Positions 18,261 through 27,585 of a DNA stretch of 64,000 bases are shown in pieces. Under the pieces are notes generated by a model, which made no database searches, had not been told where the DNA came from, and saw nothing but the letters and a program-made list of their open reading frames with translations. This DNA is from a phage: the NCBI GenBank assembly GCA_017676145.1, contig GCA_017676145.1_3628.1; one strand, given 5' to 3'. Within the stretch, counting starts at the first letter, position 1. Every line of letters begins with the position of its first letter. Both the position numbers and the translations under genes were made by a program.

Positions 18261-19627
18261 ACGTCCCCCTTTTCTGCTCTAGTTTCAAAATCTTTCCTGA
18301 CTTTCTCGTCTAAGCCAGGGAAAGTTGTATTATAAAACTCTACGACTCTCGGGTCAACAATAATATCCACCTCTCTTAATGGACGCAACAAGTTTATTCC
18401 TTGTATCGTCTTAACCCGACTCAAGGCAACATACGTCATTCCGGGAGAGAAAGCTCCGCTCTTTCCGAGGTCTAGGTTGTAACAATCTAACGTAAGTCCT
18501 TGACTTTTATGAGATGTTACTGCGTACCCCGATTTCAAAGGGAGTTGCTCATAAGACCCGATCACAACCCTCTCTATGAACTTCTCCATCTTCCTTTCGG
18601 CAATATTGTACCTCTGGGAAGGTTTGTACTCGTTATTCTCCCACAATCTCGGCTCAATTTCAACCTGTGTCCCATCTTCTAGCTCAACTACCACGGATTT
18701 GGTCTTGAATTTTACCACTGTGGCACGTGTCCCGTTGACATAATACGGAACTTTGTGAGTAGGGTCAACATCGTTTGAGGTTATCATAACCTTCATCCCT
18801 ATCTTCAGCCTCATTTCCTGCTCCACAGGCAGTGTGGAAGGGAACTTACCCTTCATTTTACCAATGTAGGTCTTCTCTGGGGCCTTGATGGCATCATAGA
18901 AACGTCTGTTCACCTCCTCTGCTTGCTTATTGGTGGCACAGATGGTCAAGGCATCTGTTGGGACACCGCCATGATAGCAACGAGTGTTAAGCTCTGCTAC
19001 AACCTCTTTTATGCGACGACCTTCACGAACACAGTTCAACATTGTGGCGAAGCGAACAGATTCCTGACGGAACTGGTCTACTAAGGCTATATTGTGAAGA
19101 TTAAGATCCTCCCAAGATTCTGTATAGCAACACAGATCTGTGTGGTAGAAGTTGAAGTAGGCTTCTTTCTCCATGGAAGAGACAACTGGAGGTGCTTGGT
19201 AGAAATCTCCAAACAATAACACCTGAATGCCTCCGAAAGGTTTGTCATTTTTCCGAAGAAAGCGGAGTTTTCTGTCCATCTCTATGAACTTGTCAGCACG
19301 GATCATAGAGATTTCATCGATAATTAGGATGGTAAATGCCTTGCTTTTCAGAGGCTTTGCTGTTTTTGCCCTTATTGCTGTCCAGTCTGACTCCATGCTC
19401 ACACCTGCGGCAAGATCGAAAGTTCGGTGCGCTGTTGCTCCATTAACGTTTAAAGCGGCTACCCCTGTCGGGGCAACCGTTATGCAAGAGTCTCCATACA
19501 TGGACTGGATCATGTTGATAAGATATGTCTTCCCGGTTCCACCCGGTCCACTTACGAAGACATTCTCACCACTCATAATTGCAACAAGGGCAGCATCTGT
19601 GCCTACATCGTACTGCCCTTTTTCCAT
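18257..19627 (-). CDS. dda: SF1B DNA helicase, Dda/RecD-like
   Basis: 456 aa; Walker A VSGPGGTGKTY; Walker B IIDEISM; YAVTSHKSQGLT and TYVALSRV motifs typical of Dda/RecD/Pif1 helicases; GAGGAGG RBS. Confidence 0.85.
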   Translation of the reverse strand: MEKGQYDVGTDAALVAIMSGENVFVSGPGGTGKTYLINMIQSMYGDSCITVAPTGVAALNVNGATAHRTFDLAAGVSMESDWTAIRAKTAKPLKSKAFTILIIDEISMIRADKFIEMDRKLRFLRKNDKPFGGIQVLLFGDFYQAPPVVSSMEKEAYFNFYHTDLCCYTESWEDLNLHNIALVDQFRQESVRFATMLNCVREGRRIKEVVAELNTRCYHGGVPTDALTICATNKQAEEVNRRFYDAIKAPEKTYIGKMKGKFPSTLPVEQEMRLKIGMKVMITSNDVDPTHKVPYYVNGTRATVVKFKTKSVVVELEDGTQVEIEPRLWENNEYKPSQRYNIAERKMEKFIERVVIGSYEQLPLKSGYAVTSHKSQGLTLDCYNLDLGKSGAFSPGMTYVALSRVKTIQGINLLRPLREVDIIVDPRVVEFYNTTFPGLDEKVRKDFETRAEKGDV

Positions 19628-20832
19628 TACGCCTCCTCGTAGATAATGTCGATAGTGTTACCGTCGCGGTCAACCACGTACTCGATTGGGTCTCCATCTT
19701 TGCGCGATTCTGGAGCTACTACGATTTCGTAGCGGCATGCACGGCACTTAGCGCTGTTGTGTTGGTAAGGTACACTGACTACATCAGCAGGGTCAACCAT
19801 AACCGTCATCACAGTGCCGTAGCTCTTTGCATACTCTTTGCTGGCACAGTGCAGGCCATAAGAGCATGCAGCTTCCGGATCATCCTCTACAAAGTTACGA
19901 GGCATGGATACAAAAGCGCCCTGGTATTGTGGGACTTTACCACTGTGCCAATCCACCCACTTGTCGCCGTTAAACTGAACCCCTTTGTAGCAAATGATTC
20001 GACCATCTTCTGCAATCTGAATGTCGTTTGCCTGCATAAAATCGTAGAGCATGTTTACAGATTTTGCAGACGGATTGCGTAACAGGCGAACTAGGAATTT
20101 CACATAGCGGTCATCCAGTGTTCCATCTGCATAATCTTTCTCAATTTTCTTTGCAATGGTAGATCGCATCTCTACACCGTAGTAGTAGAGCTTACCATCT
20201 TTCATAATCAGGTTGTCTGCCAGTGTAGTGAACTCATTCTTACGTTCCAGCCAGATAAGGATTTCACCAATTGCCTCGTCATATTCCTGAACAGAGATAT
20301 GGTCGAAGACTTTCTGGTAAACTTCCTCACTTTCGCTACGGCGAATTTCAAAAATACCTTCGTTGCAGGTGATCTGGAGAAGTTCTCCGCAAATAACTAC
20401 CAAAGGCTCGATGCTTCGAGTCTGTTGCTGAGACACACTGCTCACCACCTCCAGCACCGGGTCTTTGACTTCTACCGAAGGTTCTTCTGACTTAACTGCT
20501 ACCCCAGTGAACCCCACACCGTGAACAACACACAGTGGGTATACCACGCTCCAACGTTTAACGGAACCTTCGCCTAAGTCTAGGATCATGGCGTACTTAC
20601 CGTTATCTTCCAACCCATATCGAAATAAACGGGCCTCTTCACGGGTTTCAAAATCCTCACGGGTGTAGCAGACGCTGTCACGGTCAGGATCGAACACCTC
20701 TGGGGCACCAACTGCCAGTGTCCAGGTTGTGTCACCTTTCTCAATAGCGCATGTGAAACCTTTCTTCTCAAGTTCTGCACGGCGGTCTCGTGCTTCTTTA
20801 CGGGTTTTGAAATGTTCGTAGATGAAAATCAT
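19627..20832 (-). CDS. rIIB: rIIB-like protein (by synteny with the rIIA-like gene)
   Basis: 401-aa ORF immediately downstream of the rIIA-like gene on the same strand; no diagnostic motif recognised. Confidence 0.3.
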   Translation of the reverse strand: MIFIYEHFKTRKEARDRRAELEKKGFTCAIEKGDTTWTLAVGAPEVFDPDRDSVCYTREDFETREEARLFRYGLEDNGKYAMILDLGEGSVKRWSVVYPLCVVHGVGFTGVAVKSEEPSVEVKDPVLEVVSSVSQQQTRSIEPLVVICGELLQITCNEGIFEIRRSESEEVYQKVFDHISVQEYDEAIGEILIWLERKNEFTTLADNLIMKDGKLYYYGVEMRSTIAKKIEKDYADGTLDDRYVKFLVRLLRNPSAKSVNMLYDFMQANDIQIAEDGRIICYKGVQFNGDKWVDWHSGKVPQYQGAFVSMPRNFVEDDPEAACSYGLHCASKEYAKSYGTVMTVMVDPADVVSVPYQHNSAKCRACRYEIVVAPESRKDGDPIEYVVDRDGNTIDIIYEEA

Positions 20833-20842
20833 CTTGGTCTCC

Positions 20843-22825
20843 TTATTTGATGTTATTCTTTGTATCGATCAGTTCACGGTATTCAATCATAGCAGGGGTG
20901 TCCCAATATTTCAAGCCTACATGCTTTAAAAGTGGATATTTCTTTTCCAATCTTGCAATATAGGCCTTCCCGCACTTAACTCGGTTGGCGATTAAGACTT
21001 TGGCACGATGATTCAGCTCACCATACTTCCACGTGGTGCTACCTTCCCACTTGTGGAAATGTGGCTGATAATTTCCAAAATCCTGCATGGGTATAATTTT
21101 ACCTAACTGTCTGTACAGGCTGTCATATGAAGTTTCATTTGCTGCGCGAGTCAGTAAGAATTTCCAAGCATCCTCTTTCAGCAAATGTTCCACATTCTTC
21201 TCTGTAACATATTGGCAATTAGGATCAGTCCAAAGCAGACGAGATTCTGATACCAGGTACAGATCTTCACCTTCAGGGATCTGGAGTGCCGCACGCACAC
21301 GGTCATAATTTTGCTGGTAGATGTTACTCATCTGCCCTAGCCAACAACTTCCGCGTTGGATATCCCCCTCATACGGTATGCAGTGCTTAATCTTCCTGAA
21401 CTCTGCCTTAGTAATACGCTCACGCCGGAAGTAACCATCCTTCTCAAGTTTTTTAACCCAATAACCTGGTTCGTAACGGGTTTTGGTTTCACCTTTCTTC
21501 GTAGGTCGGCGTGGAAGCTCCGATAACAATTTGACCGTATCTGCAAAAAACGGATGGTGTGCCGCCTCTTTAAACTCTTTCACCAGATCCGTGTTACGGC
21601 AATAGAAAACGTTGCGTCCGGTGATCTCGCTTAAGTAGTTACACTTATTTCGGTTATATTTACCGTCTCCGTCGTTAAATACTAAATAAACTCCCCGTAA
21701 GAATTCTACCTTTCCGTAGCAGGCGTAACCTATGCGGCCTTTATTTAAGCCGCCAGCGAAGATCTCGCAGTCCCCCAAATTCCCTAGCCCTGTTTCTTCC
21801 CAGCGGTCATACATAAAATTCTTACCGAAGATGTGCCCGAACACTCCACTGTTCTTCATCATCTCGCGTGCTTCTGAGGATGTTTTTGCTGTCTTCAGTT
21901 CTGCAACAACTTCTGCTCCACGAAGGCGAATGCCTTCTTTGACAAAAGCTTCCAAACGCTCTTGGAATCCACCATCATCGTGACCTTCTATGGTCCATTC
22001 ACGCCCTGGGTTAATATTGCAATCTCCGATAGGGATCTCTACACAAATTGCAGGATAATCTGTTAGTGTTTCCAGGAACTTAGAACGGTAAGGTTGGTGA
22101 CCCATTACCACACGACTCTCGTCAGAACTGGTATAGCCCTTCAGGATGGTCATCTTCCAACCATCTTTTTCATAATAATACTGCGCCTCTACTTTGTCTC
22201 CCTCCAGCATCTTGCTCGTCATCGGATCGGTGACAGTGAACGGAAATTTTGCATAGCGCAAACATGATGCAATAGCAGTGCGATATTTCAGAACATGCTC
22301 TTTCTTAACATGAAACTGAACTTTTACCCCGTTGTGCTCTTCAGTCTTCCGCTCACGGATCTTGGTGACATTTGGGATGCCCTGATCCAAGAACAATAGA
22401 TATGTGCTTTCCACACCATTGTGCACACTGATTACATCGAAAGTGTCTACCATGCTGAACGGGGCCTTTGAACCAACACCCTTATTACCAACCAGAGCGT
22501 TGCTATTGCGCTTGGTTGACTCACCGAGGTTCATGAAGGTGTTGCGGACCATCTCTTCTGACATGCCTAGGCCAACGTCCTGCACAAAGAAGTAGGGTTC
22601 AAGATCTGTAGGAGAGTGAATAATGATCGGTACATCACCCCGTCCAGACTCAACATGGGAGTCTACAGCATTGAAGATTGGTTCACGGCAGCTTGCCAGC
22701 ACCTTATCTTCATAAATCCCTTTAATGATTAACCCAAAAGTCTCTTTATTCAGAGAAATTGATCCCCTTGTGACCTCCATATTCCCAGTTAGCACTGCTT
22801 TAGTTTCATTACTGTTTACAATCAT
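20843..22825 (-). CDS. rIIA: rIIA-like protein with N-terminal GHKL-type ATPase domain
   Basis: 660 aa; GHKL boxes EPIFNAVDS (N box), FFVQDVGLGMSEEM (G1), GNKGVGSKAPF (G2) near the N-terminus; size and the adjacent second large ORF fit rIIA/rIIB organisation. Confidence 0.5.
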   Translation of the reverse strand: MIVNSNETKAVLTGNMEVTRGSISLNKETFGLIIKGIYEDKVLASCREPIFNAVDSHVESGRGDVPIIIHSPTDLEPYFFVQDVGLGMSEEMVRNTFMNLGESTKRNSNALVGNKGVGSKAPFSMVDTFDVISVHNGVESTYLLFLDQGIPNVTKIRERKTEEHNGVKVQFHVKKEHVLKYRTAIASCLRYAKFPFTVTDPMTSKMLEGDKVEAQYYYEKDGWKMTILKGYTSSDESRVVMGHQPYRSKFLETLTDYPAICVEIPIGDCNINPGREWTIEGHDDGGFQERLEAFVKEGIRLRGAEVVAELKTAKTSSEAREMMKNSGVFGHIFGKNFMYDRWEETGLGNLGDCEIFAGGLNKGRIGYACYGKVEFLRGVYLVFNDGDGKYNRNKCNYLSEITGRNVFYCRNTDLVKEFKEAAHHPFFADTVKLLSELPRRPTKKGETKTRYEPGYWVKKLEKDGYFRRERITKAEFRKIKHCIPYEGDIQRGSCWLGQMSNIYQQNYDRVRAALQIPEGEDLYLVSESRLLWTDPNCQYVTEKNVEHLLKEDAWKFLLTRAANETSYDSLYRQLGKIIPMQDFGNYQPHFHKWEGSTTWKYGELNHRAKVLIANRVKCGKAYIARLEKKYPLLKHVGLKYWDTPAMIEYRELIDTKNNIK

Positions 22826-23322
22826 TTATTGCGCTCCTTGTAGTAGATATGACTCCCGAATTGAGCTGTCCTCTGCATCTTTTTTGCCCATTCCGGTCGT
22901 ACTTTTGTTGTATGATAGTGTGTTGCTCCACCTGTTATATCCATAGCCATGTATGCAACATGGTTGTTATTATAGACCTTTAGAAGCATCTTTGCAAGAC
23001 TTTTAGCGTGATCCCATGAATCTTTTTCTGTCACCTTAAAAGTTTTGCCGTGGTTTGTCCACGAAAACTGGTTAGGTTGGTAGACAATCTTTCTTATAGT
23101 GTCTGGGTATTTAGGGTGAGATTTCCTGTTTAGTGTGGCAAACCCAGATGCCAACATACCCATCGTGCCATCTCCTCTGGCTTCCCTGTAGATATTGCAT
23201 GCCAGAATGTTCTCCTTAGTATCCGATGGCTTGCAGGTGTGATATACTTTTTGTTTTGGTGCTGCAACAACAGGCAGCGATAAAAGTGCGCTCAAAATAA
23301 TAGCAAAGATCTTAATTTTCAC
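22822..23322 (-). CDS. Secreted cell-wall hydrolase, SleB/Hydrolase_2 family
   Basis: N-terminal signal peptide MKIKIFAIILSALLSLPVVAAP; IYREARGDGTMGMLASGFATLNRKSHPKYPDTIRKIVYQPNQFSW matches the SleB-type hydrolase core; GTG start. Confidence 0.55.
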   Translation of the reverse strand: MKIKIFAIILSALLSLPVVAAPKQKVYHTCKPSDTKENILACNIYREARGDGTMGMLASGFATLNRKSHPKYPDTIRKIVYQPNQFSWTNHGKTFKVTEKDSWDHAKSLAKMLLKVYNNNHVAYMAMDITGGATHYHTTKVRPEWAKKMQRTAQFGSHIYYKERNK

Positions 23323-23330
23323 AATAACTC

Positions 23331-23359
23331 CAAATAGAAAATCCCCGCCGAAGCGGGGG
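23331..23359 (-). terminator. Rho-independent terminator (minus strand), TTCG-loop hairpin
   Basis: ccccgc-cgaa-gcgggg hairpin with a plus-strand A-rich tract; downstream of the CDS ending at 23372. Confidence 0.55.
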
Positions 23360-23371
23360 TGGTCTTAGAAA

Positions 23372-23752
23372 TTAGTCGTAGTGTGCCAAAATCTCTCCAT
23401 CGTTGCAAGTTCCCTCTACGAAGTTGTGAAGATTCATGCACTCGTCTTGGTAGAAGAATTTACCGCTTTTCAGCCGTAGACCAAACAACTCCGCATCTCC
23501 ACGATGGCAAGCCTCTACAAGTTCATAGATTTCATACGGTAACTCTCCATCGTCATGGAAGAACCCCGCTTTATCGTTGACATAGATGAAGAAATAGTCA
23601 CTGCTGTCGCAAGCGTCTAATATTTTAAACCAGATTTCATCTACATCTTTTTCTCTGATATCGATCACGCAAGTGGAGCTGCATTCGTACTCCTTCTCCG
23701 GCTCCTCGGTCAATACCACCAGGTAGTTTCCCCGCTTACCTACTTTAGCCAT
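23372..23752 (-). CDS. Hypothetical protein
   Basis: 126-aa ORF downstream of the AAA+ ATPase gene. Confidence 0.5.
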   Translation of the reverse strand: MAKVGKRGNYLVVLTEEPEKEYECSSTCVIDIREKDVDEIWFKILDACDSSDYFFIYVNDKAGFFHDDGELPYEIYELVEACHRGDAELFGLRLKSGKFFYQDECMNLHNFVEGTCNDGEILAHYD

Positions 23753-23761
23753 ACAACCTCC

Positions 23762-24946
23762 TCAAGCTTTAGCTAAAATGGCGCTAAACTCTTCACCAAA
23801 CTCTTTTACAATCTTCATCAGGTTTGGGTATGCTTTGATCAGCTGAGCAACGATCTTGTCCCGGCCTTTACCAATAAGTAAGGCATTTCCTAGGGCGTTG
23901 GGTTTCATCATCGCCATAAAGACTGAGAATACAAAGTCTCGGTTCTCATCCTTGAAATTTTCCCAAAGGAAATCAAGGAAGTTTGCCACGCAGCTAACAA
24001 GATCTTCGTCTGAGACACTTGCATTTTCCATCATATTCCGAATAGCAATACAACCTTCAGACCCAAGAATCCACAAAATATCTGGCTGCTTAGGACCTAC
24101 ATACTCTTTGCAACCCCCTGCCATAATCCGACCGATTTCTGGCAAGTTTCGTTTCTTGGTGTGGTAGGTCCAGATTTCTACCGCTGCAGTGTGACCAATA
24201 GCACCTTGCAGAAGAACACGAGCCATAGCGTCAGAAATAATACCGCTGTCAAAATCGTGCAGGATGTCAGATGCAGCAACCCAAGATCGCGGTGTAGCAA
24301 AAGATGGACAATTAATCTCAGCCATAGCCTCATAATTATCGATAGCTGATGGAACTCTTTTCAGATATCCAATTACAGAGGAATGCACACCATTAAGGAA
24401 TGCGTAGTCCTCAATAAATACCTCTGCACTGCTTGTAACTTCTACAATGATAAAGCGGTTAGCCAGAGGGGCTTCGAGCGCTGAAAGAACAGCACCATCC
24501 GTAGCACGGTTACCTGCAGCTACAAAAACAGAGCCCTTAGGAAATGCATAGGTGCCGCACTTGTGGTCGAGCATAATTTGCATTGCAACCTTCTGCAGGT
24601 AGTTATCTGCATGAGTAAGCTCATCCAGAAAGATAATTCCGCTCCAGTCCGAGTCTGCAGGCCAAAATTCTGGAATTGCAAACACTGTGCGTGTAGTTCC
24701 ATCTGCCTCTACAGGGATAGGTAGTCCAGACAAGTCAGCAGGATCTTTATCTGACAGCCGCACGTCAACCAGGTTGTCATCTCGCTCACCGAACATATTA
24801 TCAGCAATCTGCTTCATCACCTGGCTCTTCCCCACACCCATCGGTCCTAAAATCAGGACAGATCGGTTATGACGCTGGGCAAATTGAATAATAGCTGGCA
24901 ACTCGCGGACAGTGATTTGACCACTTTCGAATACGTTTCTTGACAT
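23762..24946 (-). CDS. MoxR-family AAA+ ATPase (CbbQ/NorQ/CobS-like)
   Basis: 394 aa; Walker A LILGPMGVGKSQ; Walker B IIFLDELTHAD; sensor AAGNR; single AAA module of MoxR size. Confidence 0.8.
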   Translation of the reverse strand: MSRNVFESGQITVRELPAIIQFAQRHNRSVLILGPMGVGKSQVMKQIADNMFGERDDNLVDVRLSDKDPADLSGLPIPVEADGTTRTVFAIPEFWPADSDWSGIIFLDELTHADNYLQKVAMQIMLDHKCGTYAFPKGSVFVAAGNRATDGAVLSALEAPLANRFIIVEVTSSAEVFIEDYAFLNGVHSSVIGYLKRVPSAIDNYEAMAEINCPSFATPRSWVAASDILHDFDSGIISDAMARVLLQGAIGHTAAVEIWTYHTKKRNLPEIGRIMAGGCKEYVGPKQPDILWILGSEGCIAIRNMMENASVSDEDLVSCVANFLDFLWENFKDENRDFVFSVFMAMMKPNALGNALLIGKGRDKIVAQLIKAYPNLMKIVKEFGEEFSAILAKA

Positions 24947-25215
24947 TAGTAAAAGTCCTCTACTTGTGTGTAAGTGTTTTCAAAGTTTTCCAAAACAGAC
25001 ATCACATCGGATCTGTCAATATCATACGCAACTCTCCAGCCATATGCAACCCTTTCTGCTGTTGCCTCTTCTGGAGCTAGTCGTCTGCTGGCATGAAAGA
25101 GTGTTGGAGTACACTTTCTTGCTTGCCCTCTAACTTTCCCATAATAATATCTGTGAATATCTTTGTCAAAATTTAATTCTTTTTCTGCACGAAGTTCGTA
25201 CTGCTGGTATAACAT
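24946..25215 (-). CDS. Hypothetical protein
   Basis: 89-aa ORF. Confidence 0.4.
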   Translation of the reverse strand: MLYQQYELRAEKELNFDKDIHRYYYGKVRGQARKCTPTLFHASRRLAPEEATAERVAYGWRVAYDIDRSDVMSVLENFENTYTQVEDFY

Positions 25216-25259
25216 CTCTACTGCTCCTTAAGCAGCATCCTTGCCGCCATCCCTACCCA

Positions 25260-25640
25260 CTAAAATGCAGTCCGAATCCAGACAAGGTTCTTATCTGCCC
25301 AATCATAAAGGCAAGTCATTGCACTATTGAATTGCTCACACGGAGGGTAATCTTCTTCCATCCGGCGCATAGCGGATCCTTGTGGGTATAACTCCAGTGC
25401 TGCAAACCACGCATCGTAGTCATCCACGGTGTCGAAGTAGTATACAACATCCTCCAACTCAGGATCGAACTTTGAACTATCAGGATCCAGTTGTTCAGGG
25501 AACTTGGAGCGTAACTTGCCAGCCACAATACTTGCCAACTCGCTAACATGCTTGTTGTCCCACTCTACCAGTTTCCCGTCTTCAGCTATGCGTCCTAACC
25601 ACTGATCATGAAGGTCAACTGTTGTCTTCCACTGGGCCAT
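25260..25640 (-). CDS. Hypothetical protein
   Basis: 126-aa ORF. Confidence 0.45.
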   Translation of the reverse strand: MAQWKTTVDLHDQWLGRIAEDGKLVEWDNKHVSELASIVAGKLRSKFPEQLDPDSSKFDPELEDVVYYFDTVDDYDAWFAALELYPQGSAMRRMEEDYPPCEQFNSAMTCLYDWADKNLVWIRTAF

Positions 25641-25642
25641 TA

Positions 25643-25900
25643 TCAGTTCACCTCTTCTTCTCGTTGCAGTTCAAGATACCCGTAGGTCTGGATATCTTCA
25701 AGGGTGTGGAACTCCCCATCTGCCGCTAAGGCACGGACAACCTGGCATAGGGTTTTATAAGGTACTTTCTCCAAACCTAGATTCAGCGCAGGAAAAACCT
25801 TATCTAAGTCAACAAAATATACAAACTGTAGCTCACCAGTTTCAAAAGGCGTATCTTCGATAAACATCTTCTCGGCATTGGTTAAGATTTGCACTTTCAT
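25643..25900 (-). CDS. Hypothetical protein
   Basis: 85-aa ORF. Confidence 0.4.
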   Translation of the reverse strand: MKVQILTNAEKMFIEDTPFETGELQFVYFVDLDKVFPALNLGLEKVPYKTLCQVVRALAADGEFHTLEDIQTYGYLELQREEEVN

Positions 25901-26256
25901 TATTCTACCTCCTCTTCTTTTTCTTCAGTATTAGTTTCAGTGCTACCCCACTCTGGAGTTTCCACCTCGATAGTAAACTCACGCACTACACGGTAATTGC
26001 CCATGAAGCGCTCCACTTCTTCAAGGCTTATGGAGAGGCCATTGGCAACCAAGTCTGCAGCACCCTTCTCTACCAGGTAGTCCAGATTGGCTTCCAAGGC
26101 TTCAGGCTCAAACCCTGTCAATGCAATCATATAACCTTCCCCTTCATCAAGGAGGGCAATACAGCCCAACTGATTTTCTTTAAAAAAGCAGTGACCATCA
26201 CTATTGATTGGGTGTTCATTACAGTAAATAGCTGCACGATAAGTAACTTTAGACAT
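25900..26256 (-). CDS. Hypothetical protein
   Basis: 118-aa ORF with acidic C-terminus. Confidence 0.45.
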   Translation of the reverse strand: MSKVTYRAAIYCNEHPINSDGHCFFKENQLGCIALLDEGEGYMIALTGFEPEALEANLDYLVEKGAADLVANGLSISLEEVERFMGNYRVVREFTIEVETPEWGSTETNTEEKEEEVE

Positions 26257-26268
26257 TGGTAGGCCTCC

Positions 26269-26547
26269 TTAGGCAACTGTCATTTTACATTCTTGAAATT
26301 TTAACACAAGACGGTGATTGTGTCTAGTGTCTAAAAAGATTTTTTCAACCATCAGGCACACGGTATAACCGTCCGTCTTGTTGACAACAAAATCCCCAGG
26401 GTGAGGGAGAATGTCTCCGGGATTGGGGAAACATAACCCGCTCAAGAAGGCATCATCGGTGGTGGACTTAATGGATTTCCACACACTATCTGCCTGAACA
26501 TTCTCACCCACATAGTATACACTACCACATGCCTTCATCATAGTCAA
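26269..26547 (-). CDS. Hypothetical protein
   Basis: 92-aa ORF. Confidence 0.4.
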   Translation of the reverse strand: MTMMKACGSVYYVGENVQADSVWKSIKSTTDDAFLSGLCFPNPGDILPHPGDFVVNKTDGYTVCLMVEKIFLDTRHNHRLVLKFQECKMTVA

Positions 26548-27443
26548 ATCTCCGCGTAAATTAAACTGGAATCAGTATACTTCTTTAACGGGTAAATATC
26601 CTGTCCATAGATGCCGTCATTAAACACCTCATCTACCCAAAGGCTACACTTATATCCCATCATTTCTAAAACGCCCATCTCTTCTTCGGTAAACTTATCA
26701 CCACTCTTGCAAGATGTCAATACCTCATTCTGCACTCTTGCTACCTCGAAGCGGTTATTGGCAATATCACTATTGGCAATCAAATACTCACCTAAAGGGT
26801 GTGCAGCATTAAAGATGCACAGTGGACGGTTGACGTAATAGTCTCCCGGTGTATAAAAATTGTTGAGATCCTTCACCAGAACATTCTTATCAGTCACTTC
26901 ATTTATAACATCATGCATATCACACATCTTTATATGTTTGAGGATTCCATCCCCCATCACAAAATAAAAACTTGCTGAGACACTCTCGGCATAGATCTTA
27001 CTAGATCCGTTGTAGTTGTATTTTACGCGAATGCTCACAGGGGTTTTGCCTGTCGCGTTAGCCATCATCCAAAGGAACGGAAGTTCAAACTTCTCCTCTG
27101 AGGAAACAAAAGGTGAAGTTGCCAGAGATCGGAAACCACCAGAGAAGTTGAAAGTTACAGAGCCGCTCCGGCGATATGATACCGCATATTCTACTTTTAT
27201 ATCGACATAGCCGTTGGAGTAAGTGTGGCCTCCATTATCCAGATATGTCCACTTATCAGATCCGGATACCAGCCTACGCTCAATAACCTTCATTACTATA
27301 GGAATTAGCGGGTTGGTACAAACCGATTTTGAAGTAGCTTTATCATCCAAAGCCTCGTAAATTGCAGAAAGGATATCGCCTGCTGAGAGATTAGTTGTGA
27401 TATCTTGTTTCCATCGAGTGCTAAAGCTGTTAAGATTTGCCAT
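26544..27443 (-). CDS. Hypothetical protein
   Basis: ATG at 27443 (MANLNSF...) preceded by GGAG; first gene of the minus-strand block next to the divergent promoters. Confidence 0.55.
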   Translation of the reverse strand: MANLNSFSTRWKQDITTNLSAGDILSAIYEALDDKATSKSVCTNPLIPIVMKVIERRLVSGSDKWTYLDNGGHTYSNGYVDIKVEYAVSYRRSGSVTFNFSGGFRSLATSPFVSSEEKFELPFLWMMANATGKTPVSIRVKYNYNGSSKIYAESVSASFYFVMGDGILKHIKMCDMHDVINEVTDKNVLVKDLNNFYTPGDYYVNRPLCIFNAAHPLGEYLIANSDIANNRFEVARVQNEVLTSCKSGDKFTEEEMGVLEMMGYKCSLWVDEVFNDGIYGQDIYPLKKYTDSSLIYAEI

Positions 27444-27483
27444 GATTAAGTACTCCTGTGTTCGTTTTCTTTCGAATGGGTGC

Positions 27484-27512
27484 ACTATATCGTGGATTTA
27501 GAGTAAAGTCAA
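27484..27512 (-). promoter_or_regulatory. Sigma70-like promoter (minus strand) TTGACT-N17-TATAGT
   Basis: Reverse complement of 27484-27512 reads TTGACT, 17-bp spacer, TATAGT; about 40 bp upstream of the ATG at 27443. Confidence 0.5.
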
Positions 27513-27525
27513 CACGTTTTTGAGG

Positions 27526-27554
27526 TTGACATATTCCCAGGCACTTGATAAGAT
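27526..27554 (+). promoter_or_regulatory. Sigma70-like promoter (plus strand) TTGACA-N17-TAAGAT
   Basis: TTGACA at 27526-27531, 17-bp spacer, TAAGAT at 27549-27554; about 30 bp upstream of the ATG at 27586; back-to-back with the minus-strand promoter. Confidence 0.5.
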
Positions 27555-27585
27555 TTCTCCACCTACAGAGCACAAGAGACAACTC

